From an uncultured Candidatus Bathyarchaeia archaeon (lineage in GTDB: Archaea > Thermoproteota > Bathyarchaeia > Bathyarchaeales > Bathyarchaeaceae): 64,000 nucleotides of DNA. A program made the position numbers and the translations under genes. The stretch is taken from assembly GCA_964510635.1 (NCBI GenBank), contig CAZEBS010000001.1, positions 38,350-102,349 on the forward strand, in the 5' to 3' direction. The stretch's first letter is position 1, and every line of letters begins with the position of its first letter. The notes beneath the pieces are model-generated. The model was not told the origin of the DNA. It was given only the letters and a program-made list of their open reading frames with translations, and searched no databases. Below are positions 56,580 through 64,000 of the stretch, one piece after another.

Positions 56580-57009
56580 TTATGGCTTTTGAAAAATAGA
56601 TGTTATTTTTTCGATTAGGTGCAGTGGAATGGAAAAGAGGGACGTGAATGGTCCTAACGCTTTGAGCATTTCTTTCAGGTTTCTTATGTCTTTTTGTTTT
56701 ATTGCTCCCATCAAGGGGGCTGTGGTAAGGTAGGCAGTTAAAACGTTTTTTATGTTTGCGGTGTTGTTTTCTGAGTGGTATTGGGCTGTATACTTTATTG
56801 TCGCTTGGTCTACACCTAAAGTCTCTGATTAGTTGGATGAGATTCGGTGCTATTAAGACAATTGCAAACAGACCATATTCTGAGGGAGAAAGAATTCGTG
56901 CAACCATGATTAGACTTAAGGTAGATATGATTGATGAGGCTACTACGCCCCAAAAGAGGTTGAATCCTCCTTTCGCAGAGGTTCTAGCTAACTCTGTTGC
57001 TTTATTCAC
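56580..57009 (-). pseudogene. flippase remnant (frameshift plus large internal deletion), paralog of 53985-55565
   Basis: The first ~63 aa parallel the flippase N-terminus (SAKGGFNLFWGVVASSIIS...PNLIQLIRDF). After a 1-nt shift near 56822, my translation continues GVDQATIKYTAQYHSENNTANIKNV. It then jumps to the flippase C-terminal end (APLMGAIKQKDIRNLKEMLKALGPFTSLFSIPLHLIEKI), with a stop at 56580-56582. Confidence 0.75.
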
Positions 57010-57074
57010 TGGATGTTCGTCTTAAATATACTTCAGAACTAAATCCTCAAGAATGAACTGGGAAACACAGTAGA

Positions 57075-57356
57075 TCAGACATGGTTTTCTCTTTGCTTGT
57101 CTGTTTCTGTAGCAGGAAAAGCTCGGCAAGAAGACTTGGGGTGTGGCGGATTTGGCAATTTTCTGCCAAAGTTTATTTTGTTCCATATTCTTTCGTGCAG
57201 GTAATAAACGATAGTTTTTACAACAATCTCTGCGATACAAACGCCTGTACTTAGGATAAAATCGCGTGTAAAGACATAAACAAGGAGCAAAGTTGTGGAA
57301 GTTGCGAGTATACGCCACGACAATGTTTTGAAACCGGTTCTGGCGTGCCGTTCCAA
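57075..57356 (-). CDS. DUF2061-type small membrane protein
   Basis: 93 aa. KTLSWRILATSTTLLLVY...VVKTIVYYLHERIWNKI is the DUF2061 pattern. Confidence 0.6.
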   Translation of the reverse strand: MERHARTGFKTLSWRILATSTTLLLVYVFTRDFILSTGVCIAEIVVKTIVYYLHERIWNKINFGRKLPNPPHPKSSCRAFPATETDKQRENHV

Positions 57357-57370
57357 TTTACAATGCTCCT

Positions 57371-58615
57371 CTAGCTGTAGATTTCTAGAACAATTCCAGC
57401 TGCTACTGTTCCCTTCTTTCCTTCGATGACAAATCTTCCAAGTTCCGGAAAATCGGAATACTTCTCTAAAACTACCGGCTCAAGAGCAGTGAATTCTAGT
57501 TCTCCAACGCTTTCGCTGTCCAAGATTTTTGGGCTTTTCGAACGGATATTGAGGTTAATGGGGTCGATTTCAGTCAGTATCTTCGTTACTTTGCATTTTT
57601 TGTTAGCCGTTCCGTAACGGATAGTCACAATGTCATTATTCTTTATCTGGATATCCGAGAAGAGTATTAATTCAGCGGCAAAACGGTTGACGTTTTGCGG
57701 CTGGTCTTGGAGATAACTTAAAACTTCTCCCCTTTCAATGTCAGCGGCATCTTCTAAAAGAAGCCCTATTGAATCTCCGGGTTCAGCTTTTGTTGTTTCT
57801 GAGCCAAAGACCATTATCTTTTTTAACAATGTTTTTTTTCTAGAGGGATTGAAGACAACCTGTTTCTTAAGTGTGAGAGTTCCTGTTTCAATTTTACAGA
57901 CGATGATCAGTTGATTTTTTTCGTAGGAATAGCTATCTTGTACTACTCCTCTCAGTGGTTTGTTTAGCGGCAATGTTCTTGGAACGAGTTTTTGGTCCAG
58001 CGTGTCTATTAATGTTGGTCCTTTATACCAAGGCATTTTTTCGGATTTTTTGAAGACATTATCTCCTTTCATGGCTGAAATCGGTATTATATCCACGCCT
58101 TGGTAGTCTAGGCTGTGAAGAATGGGAATTAGTTCTTCACATGTTTTTTGGTATTGATTCTTGTTGTAGTCTACACGGTCCAGCTTATTGACTGCTACAA
58201 CCAGTTGTTTGATACCTAAGGTTTTGATTAGAAAGGCGTGTTGCCGTGTCTGGTCTTGGACTCCCTCTTTCGCTGAAACAACCAGAACTGCTGCATCAGC
58301 CTCTGAGGCTCCGGTAAGCATTTTTTCGATGAATTCCTTGTGTCCTGGGCAATCTATGATCGTGTAAAGGTATTTTTTTGATTTAAATGGGGTATGCATT
58401 ATATCCATAGTTAGTCCGCCCTTCCTTTCCTCCTCTAAGCTGTCCAGCAGAAAGGCGAACTCGAACTTTTTTCCTGATTGCGTTAGTTCTGTTCGTATTT
58501 CATCTAGTTTCTGTTCCATAATTGCTTTTGAATCGTAAAGTAGTCTGCCTATCAAAGTGGATTTGCCGTGGTCTTTGTGACCTATAACCACTAAGTTGAT
58601 TCTAGACCCACTCAT
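57371..58615 (-). CDS. cysN: sulfate adenylyltransferase subunit 1-like GTPase (CysN-like, EF-1alpha family)
   Basis: G motifs GHKDHGKST, DCPGH and NKLD. EGVQDQTRQHAFL and LDRVDY resemble CysN more than EF-1alpha. A cysD gene is in the same operon. No APS-kinase domain. Confidence 0.65.
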   Translation of the reverse strand: MSGSRINLVVIGHKDHGKSTLIGRLLYDSKAIMEQKLDEIRTELTQSGKKFEFAFLLDSLEEERKGGLTMDIMHTPFKSKKYLYTIIDCPGHKEFIEKMLTGASEADAAVLVVSAKEGVQDQTRQHAFLIKTLGIKQLVVAVNKLDRVDYNKNQYQKTCEELIPILHSLDYQGVDIIPISAMKGDNVFKKSEKMPWYKGPTLIDTLDQKLVPRTLPLNKPLRGVVQDSYSYEKNQLIIVCKIETGTLTLKKQVVFNPSRKKTLLKKIMVFGSETTKAEPGDSIGLLLEDAADIERGEVLSYLQDQPQNVNRFAAELILFSDIQIKNNDIVTIRYGTANKKCKVTKILTEIDPINLNIRSKSPKILDSESVGELEFTALEPVVLEKYSDFPELGRFVIEGKKGTVAAGIVLEIYS

Positions 58616-59304
58616 TTTTCGGTGTGTCTCCTGATTAAATCGTAGAAGCTAGTTAATTTAGGCATGTTCAATCCCTTTTTGTGGTTAAAGGAGTAGAAGC
58701 CGTTTCGGTTATGGTCCCCATATCTTCCCACCGCTTTCATTCCATGATCTGAAATTATGAGAACAGAATCGTCAGCATCTTTGACTGATTCAGCTAACTG
58801 CTCAAGTTCTTGATAGACTTCAGCCATCTTTTCAGTGATTCCGAAACTTAGATGACCTATAGAATCTGCAAGGTTAAAGTAGCCTATGAGCAAATCAAAT
58901 TTGCCGAGAGCATTGAAGAATTCCTTTTTGTTTTCCTCATGAATCTTCCAGACAAACTTATCATACTCTTCTATGGTTGCTTTTTCTTCGAAGTACCCCT
59001 TAAGCAATTCTCTCTCTGTTATATGGCTTGGTTTGTGCGAAAATGCGGGTAGGTCTATGGTTTCATATTCTCCAAAGAATTTCAGGAAGGTTTGCTCAGG
59101 TTCTACTTTGAATTCCCATTGAGTTTTCAGTGGAATTTGGGATTCCATGTTTTTTCCGGTTAGGAAACTAGCCCATAACACAACAGTTCTTGGTTGCTTG
59201 AAGTCTGAGAGGTCTGTTTTTCCGTGTTCTTTTTGTAGGAGGTGTTTGCAATTGTATTTTTTGACTTGCTGAAGGTCTAGGGCGTCTAGGGCTAGAATGA
59301 TCAT
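58612..59304 (-). CDS. alkaline-phosphatase-superfamily protein (nucleotide pyrophosphatase/phosphodiesterase-like)
   Basis: 230 aa. N-terminal ILALDALD, ADSIGH and LIISDHGM are metal-ligand motifs. ATGA overlap with cysN. Confidence 0.55.
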   Translation of the reverse strand: MIILALDALDLQQVKKYNCKHLLQKEHGKTDLSDFKQPRTVVLWASFLTGKNMESQIPLKTQWEFKVEPEQTFLKFFGEYETIDLPAFSHKPSHITERELLKGYFEEKATIEEYDKFVWKIHEENKKEFFNALGKFDLLIGYFNLADSIGHLSFGITEKMAEVYQELEQLAESVKDADDSVLIISDHGMKAVGRYGDHNRNGFYSFNHKKGLNMPKLTSFYDLIRRHTEK

Positions 59305-59313
59305 TTTGTTTTC

Positions 59314-60117
59314 CTACATGTAGCCGAGGCTTCTCAGTTTCTGCATCATGTATGCTTTCTCTTTGTCCTGAGACCTTCCCGCTCTCTCAGGCGATACTGA
59401 GGTTCTGATCTCTTCAACTATTTCGTCTATGTTGCTGGCTGCTGATTCGACAGGTACTGTGCAGGGCATGCATCCCAAACTTCGGTATCTTTTGCCATTT
59501 TTTGCAAAATATAATGGATTTACTGGCAGTTTTTCTTGTTTCATGTACTCCCAAACGTTGAACTCAGTCCATGCGAGAATTGGGTGAACACGCATGTGAG
59601 AAAAGTCTTCGGACGGCTTAATGTACAAGTTCCATAACTCTGCTGGCTGGTCTTTGTAATTCCAATGGAATTTTTCATCTCTGGGAGAAAAATATCGTTC
59701 TTTGGCTCTGATTCCATGTTCATCCCGTCTTATAGCCATAATTAATGCGTCGAATTTGCGTTCTTCTATAAGGTTTTTGAGAGCCTCAGTCTTCAGCGCA
59801 GTGCAACAATCAAGTGCTCCTTTCTTAGGGGACATTCCTTTCTTGATTGATTCTTCGTTTCTGGCTACAATTAGGTCAAGGTTCCATTTTTTGGCGATTT
59901 CATCTCTGAACTCGTAGATCTCTGGAAACTTGTAGCTGGTGTCTATGTGAACTACTGGAAAGGGGATTTTTCCGAAGAAGGCTTTCTTACAGAGCCAGAC
60001 TGTTGCTGTGCTGTCTTTTCCTGTGCTCCATAAAACTGCTGGGTTCTTGAATTGGGCTTTTGCTTCCCGTATAAGAGTTATGCTCGTCTTTTCTAATTTC
60101 TGTAGATGATCCTTCAT
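59314..60117 (-). CDS. cysD: sulfate adenylyltransferase subunit 2 (PAPS-reductase fold)
   Basis: 267 aa. LWSTGKDSTATVWL is PP-loop-like. PFPVVHIDTSYKFPEIYEFRD is typical of CysD. Confidence 0.8.
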   Translation of the reverse strand: MKDHLQKLEKTSITLIREAKAQFKNPAVLWSTGKDSTATVWLCKKAFFGKIPFPVVHIDTSYKFPEIYEFRDEIAKKWNLDLIVARNEESIKKGMSPKKGALDCCTALKTEALKNLIEERKFDALIMAIRRDEHGIRAKERYFSPRDEKFHWNYKDQPAELWNLYIKPSEDFSHMRVHPILAWTEFNVWEYMKQEKLPVNPLYFAKNGKRYRSLGCMPCTVPVESAASNIDEIVEEIRTSVSPERAGRSQDKEKAYMMQKLRSLGYM

Positions 60118-60167
60118 TGCGGCGTGTAGTCTCCTTTAATGTCCAGTCAGTTGTATAGACGTGGTAT

Positions 60168-60422
60168 TTAAGTGCCTAAGGATTGGGAGTTACATAACTC
60201 TTCCACAATTTTTTGTCCTGCATTGCCGTCTCCAAAAGGATTCTTCCAACGAGTGCTCTTGCCGAGCATAAGTCTTGTCATCTTGACTATTTCTTCGGGT
60301 CTTGTCCCAGCTAAAACGTTGGCTCCAACTTTCAGAGTTTCAGGCCTCTCAGTGTTATCCCTCAAGGTTACGCATGGGACACCTAGAACACAAGCCTCCT
60401 CCTGAATTCCACCATCTAGTAA
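60168..60422 (-). pseudogene. C-terminal fragment of UDP-N-acetylglucosamine 2-epimerase (WecB-like)
   Basis: My translation LLDGGIQEEACVLGVPCVTLRDNTERPETLKVGANVLAGT... matches only the last ~85 aa of a ~360-aa enzyme. No upstream body and no start codon. Abuts the mdh stop. Confidence 0.7.
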
Positions 60423-60450
60423 GGTATGAAAAAGAAGAAACGACTTATTT

Positions 60451-61398
60451 TCAGTTGCCGGCTTTTTCTATCGCCTCAATGGTTGCTTTGTATGTTTGGT
60501 ATATTGCTTCTGCGGCATCTGCTAGTTCCTTTTTTTCTTGTGAAGAAAGAGTGTTGTATGTGGAGTAGCCAATAGCGTTTCCGAGTTTGAGAGGAACACT
60601 AACGAAAACTGGTTCAGGCAGTCCATCAAATTTCATGGGCGCAGCTACAGGCAGAACATCGTTTGTGTTTCTGACTATAGCTTTCACTGTATCTCTGAAC
60701 GCGGCTGCTGGTCCAAATTCGGTGCCTCCAATGTTGTCTACAATAAGTTTCGAAACAGACTTCACGTATGAACTAAGTTCGTTTTTGTTAAGCGTTTTAC
60801 TGTTTAGCTTCAAGTAATCATTCAATGCCATGCCGTTGACTTTTACGGTTGACCACAAAATCGTCGCGTTTTGTCCGTGTTCTCCCCCAACATAGCCCTC
60901 AACTGTTGACACGGGCACTTCAAGAGCACTAGCTAAACCAGACCTGAACCTTAATGACTCAAGATTCGTTCCAGTGCTTATCACAAATTTGGCTTTGGAA
61001 TATTTTTTGCAGACCATTGCCATGGCGTCAACTGGATTTGTAATCACAACATATTTTGCATCAGAGTTGTTAGGCGCTGTTGCCTCAGCAATATTTTTCA
61101 CTATTTGCCCGTTTTGGACAGCCAAGTCTCGTCTGGTCATCTTGACCCCTGGGGTTCGGGGCTTTCCGGCAGAAATCAGGATTATGTCTGCTCCAGCCAC
61201 ATCTTCATCCTTTTCGGATGCTATGATCTCAACATCTAGTCTTAGACTTGCGGTTACATGCCGGAGTTCTTCCGCAAATGCTTTTGCCAGACCTGCTTTT
61301 GTGTCGCAGACGGTTATTGTGTCTGCTAGTTCAGCGCACAGTATTGCGTAGGCTGTTGGGCGTCCTACCCGTCCAGTTCCCATTTGTGCAATATGCAT
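60451..61398 (-). CDS. mdh: L-lactate/malate dehydrogenase family (likely malate dehydrogenase)
   Basis: 315 aa. GTGRVG dinucleotide loop, ISAGKPRTPG...TRRDL, VITNPVD and GGEHG. Confidence 0.75.
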   Translation of the reverse strand: MHIAQMGTGRVGRPTAYAILCAELADTITVCDTKAGLAKAFAEELRHVTASLRLDVEIIASEKDEDVAGADIILISAGKPRTPGVKMTRRDLAVQNGQIVKNIAEATAPNNSDAKYVVITNPVDAMAMVCKKYSKAKFVISTGTNLESLRFRSGLASALEVPVSTVEGYVGGEHGQNATILWSTVKVNGMALNDYLKLNSKTLNKNELSSYVKSVSKLIVDNIGGTEFGPAAAFRDTVKAIVRNTNDVLPVAAPMKFDGLPEPVFVSVPLKLGNAIGYSTYNTLSSQEKKELADAAEAIYQTYKATIEAIEKAGN

Positions 61399-61765
61399 GA
61401 TAATTTCCTAAGAATTGTTTCACGAAGAGTCTTTTAAGAAATGCTCCTTTTTTGAATGAGCCTCGATTAAGATGCAATGGGAAAGTCATTCACACGATTT
61501 CAAGTTAGCCTCGTGCTCAGGGTTTGATTTCATCTATTGCTTCCTCAATGTTTTTGAAAACTTTTGGTGTGCATGTTGAATTAATGGATTAATTGTCGTT
61601 AATGCAACAAAAAATCTTAAAAACTCATGAAATAAGGAAAGACTTGGGCATCAGTGACTATGAAATTAAAATCCAGTATCCATTTTGATATAGTTGTTCG
61701 CAGGGATTTTGTAAAACTTGAAGCACATTTTTTCAGGAATCATCTGGTTTTTTACATACTAAATA

Positions 61766-62236
61766 GTGTTAGGAAGTTGGGTGAACTTTTTTCTAAGCAC
61801 ACTGATGATTTGGGGGAGTTGGGGTAACTTGCCCAGTCACCTGGTTCACAACTTTATTGATAGGTACTATTTTGGGCGATCTTATCCAAAGCTACACAAG
61901 GAGCTTGACAGGCCAGTGATAATCTATGGTAAAAGGCATAGGATCCTTTTTCACGACCTGAGTTGGGCGATCTTTATCGCCCGTAAATTATATCCTGGCG
62001 ATATAAATGCAGAAAAATCAGCTTGTCTTCACTTAGAGATTGATGAGAGTTGCTCGAAGGATAAAGAGTTCAGAAAGTTTCTAGAAAAATGGGCAAGAAG
62101 AACAGCTAGGCAGGATAAACAAAATAGAAAGTTAATGAAAAAAATTCAAGAAAGAAACAAAAGTTCGAAAAGAAGACCAAAAAAACAAAAAGATTACAAT
62201 TACTGGTTTAAGTTTTTCCAGAAAGTTGCCAGTTAA
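61766..62236 (+). CDS. hypothetical protein with lysine-rich C-terminus
   Basis: 156-aa ORF in an AT-rich region. No family recognised. Confidence 0.35.
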   Translation: MLGSWVNFFLSTLMIWGSWGNLPSHLVHNFIDRYYFGRSYPKLHKELDRPVIIYGKRHRILFHDLSWAIFIARKLYPGDINAEKSACLHLEIDESCSKDKEFRKFLEKWARRTARQDKQNRKLMKKIQERNKSSKRRPKKQKDYNYWFKFFQKVAS

Positions 62237-62663
62237 TCTCTTGAGTTTCAAAGTTAAATTTTGAGCAAATTTAATCCGTTTTGGTACAAATTTAATCAAA
62301 GAGTCGCAAAAATGTAAACACGATTGTTTACCATACAGTTTACATACTACAATATTTTAAACAGAATTCGCGATAGTGGAGAAGCTGAGGGCTATATGGA
62401 GTCTATTTTCTGGGTGAAATACAATAGGTTCGCGAGCGAAATATTATTGGCAGAATATTCTAAGAACTGATCATAAACTGTGAACTACTTAAGAGGAGGG
62501 GGTGAATATTTTGAACGGTTTTGACATGATTTAATTAACAATAGCTTTCAAAGGCGCTTAAAAGTAAAGTCCATGTCACATTTGTGATACGTTTTGTGTT
62601 ACGTTGAAATTATATTTTTAATATTAAACATAAAAGATGGTTGTAATGCTCGCGTCCAAAGAG

Positions 62664-64000
62664 TTAGTAGACTATTTTTTTTGCCATTTCGTAGTCTTTC
62701 TTATTGTGAATTTCCATCCAGCCTTTGTTTGTTTCTATGTAATGGATTTTGAAGCCTCTTTCTATCATTTCCTGTAGCATAGCTATAATTGAAGCTTGTT
62801 TAAAGTTTTCATTTTCATGGAATTTTCCTTTGTGATCTTGTTTGCAGTCATTGTATACGTCGATAAGGTTTTTGGCGCCATACTTGGAAAATTTAGCTAT
62901 GCCAATAAACTCGTGTGTCGCTATCTCTTTTTTGATTTTCTTGCCGATAAAAGACACTTCTTTTTCTAGGGTAATGGAAGGCTCCCGATAGAATCCTCCT
63001 TCCTGCTTGCCAATTATTAGATCCAAGTCTTTGTCAATCTCATGTCTATGAAATGGATAAGATGCGTCAGCAACAAGTACAATATCCTCTTTGCTCTTGA
63101 GAAGCCGAGTAATAATGGATTCGTCAAATAGGATGTCTGAGAAAATTAGAAGAAAGCCATCATCCATTTCGGGTACAGCATTGAACAATGAATGTAATGA
63201 GCCTCTCGTGTAGTCCTTTACATCGTAATACTTTACGTTTTGGACATTAAACTTTTCTTTTTCGTATCCTCTTATGACTGCCACATCAGTTACTCTGCAT
63301 CGTTTCAATACGTCAAGCTGCCTCTGGATGATCGTTTTACCGTTAACATCTAGCATAGCTGTAGGCAAGCCAACAACAATCGTTTCCTTGGGTTCTCCAG
63401 CAGCAAGAAGGATTACTTTTGCCTTACTTTTCTTGGCTAAACGTTTATCTCTTTCATTTATTTCTGGAAAGCCAACCATAGTGAGTATTTTGCTTACTGG
63501 CGTACAGTAGGGTTCAGTTTCAAAGGCGCGCCCCTTCAGCAATATTATTTTGCATATGTCTTGCATCGACTTGATTGATGCTCTCATGAGATGATTAGCG
63601 TATATGACAATGTTGAATCCATTTTCTCTGAGTTCTTCTTCGGTGATAGTGTTGTATGTTGTGGGTATGCAGATGAGAGGTTTTGATAAACCAAGTTTCT
63701 TGCACAGAGTAGCATATTCTTTGGCAAACTTGAGCACTCTTACAGGATTAGTTTCCCTTGAGTGAATTACTATACCATCAGCTCCAGCCAGCAAATATTT
63801 TTCTGCCCTAAACAAAGCGTCTTCAACACTACATCCAGCGATTAGGCTCTCTATCCTAGCGAAAATCATGAAGTCCTTTGAAAAGACAGCTTTTTTGCCA
63901 GCTCTAATTTTTTCTGCAAAAAGTTCAGGCGCTTCTAGGTTCTGTATTGAATTTGAATCTAAACTGTTCCGTTTGGGATACATTTTGTCTTCTATAATTA
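62664..64000 (-). CDS. pepM: phosphoenolpyruvate mutase (partial, N-terminus beyond window) fused to C-terminal nucleotidyltransferase
   Basis: The reading frame stays open to the window edge (IIEDKMYPKRNSL...). ARIESLIAG...AGADGIVIHS is the PEP mutase/ICL fold. This is followed by VILLAAGEPKE...LPTAMLDVNGKTII, an NTP-transferase motif. Confidence 0.7.
   Translation of the reverse strand, partial: IIEDKMYPKRNSLDSNSIQNLEAPELFAEKIRAGKKAVFSKDFMIFARIESLIAGCSVEDALFRAEKYLLAGADGIVIHSRETNPVRVLKFAKEYATLCKKLGLSKPLICIPTTYNTITEEELRENGFNIVIYANHLMRASIKSMQDICKIILLKGRAFETEPYCTPVSKILTMVGFPEINERDKRLAKKSKAKVILLAAGEPKETIVVGLPTAMLDVNGKTIIQRQLDVLKRCRVTDVAVIRGYEKEKFNVQNVKYYDVKDYTRGSLHSLFNAVPEMDDGFLLIFSDILFDESIITRLLKSKEDIVLVADASYPFHRHEIDKDLDLIIGKQEGGFYREPSITLEKEVSFIGKKIKKEIATHEFIGIAKFSKYGAKNLIDVYNDCKQDHKGKFHENENFKQASIIAMLQEMIERGFKIHYIETNKGWMEIHNKKDYEMAKKIVY

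Noticed and set aside
62290-62340. GTAAAC-N6-GTTTAC palindrome and nearby repeats in the AT-rich spacer upstream of pepM
   Set aside because: It is a single short palindrome in AT-rich DNA. It may be an operator, but it cannot be distinguished from chance.
1-64000. Search for a CRISPR array, cas2/cas4 or effector genes to go with cas1
   Set aside because: I saw no run of regularly spaced 24-40-nt direct repeats anywhere, and no other cas-like ORF. The Cas1 is therefore treated as 'solo' and transposon-associated. A computational repeat finder should confirm this.
1-64000. tRNA, rRNA, RNase P/SRP or C/D-box sRNA genes in intergenic regions (e.g. 12381-12619, 22741-23081, 43620-43955, 61399-61765, 62237-62663)
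   Set aside because: The intergenic regions are AT-rich, with no GC-rich cloverleaf-like segments. Isolated TGATG/CTGA words did not form a convincing C/D/C'/D' arrangement. tRNAscan/Infernal would be decisive.

Overview
This is a 64-kb archaeal chromosomal window. All family calls rest on motifs I recognised in the supplied translations and in the DNA; I could run no database or HMM search. Archaeal hallmarks are Alba, an HMf-type histone, aIF-1A, RpoK, a thermosome subunit, NFACT/RqcH, a class-III-signal pilin with an A24 prepilin peptidase, a PEF-CTERM protein, and a methanofuran biosynthesis cluster (mfnA, mfnB, candidate mfnD/F/E). This suggests, by inference only, a methanofuran/H4MPT-using TACK/Bathyarchaeia-like organism. 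SD-like GGAGG/GGTG leaders and TTG/GTG starts are common. I support about 75 protein genes and two gene remnants. I saw no rRNA, tRNA or CRISPR array by eye. Main discovery candidate: 1580-6660 is a 5.05-kb AT-rich insertion bounded by perfect 96-bp terminal inverted repeats and a 15-bp flanking duplication. Its largest gene is a Cas1 homolog. It has no cas2, no CRISPR array and no ORF large enough to be a family-B DNA polymerase, so it looks like a compact PolB-less casposon-like element. Its cargo is two RHH proteins, a possible Rep-like protein, a basic HTH protein and a possible PD-(D/E)xK nuclease. Secondary points: an accessory islet at 15.3-17.3 kb (unannotated mini-ORFs, AbrB, AlbA_2/Schlafen-like protein); a paralogous PurM-like pair (one fused to an RHH domain) flanking an S-component-like membrane protein; cysD/cysN split by an alkaline-phosphatase-superfamily gene; a decaying surface-glycan region (flippase remnant, wecB remnant, partial PepM-nucleotidyltransferase fusion); rpoK without a canonical start codon; and blocks of extreme A+C-rich sense strand that create long stop-free shadow ORFs.
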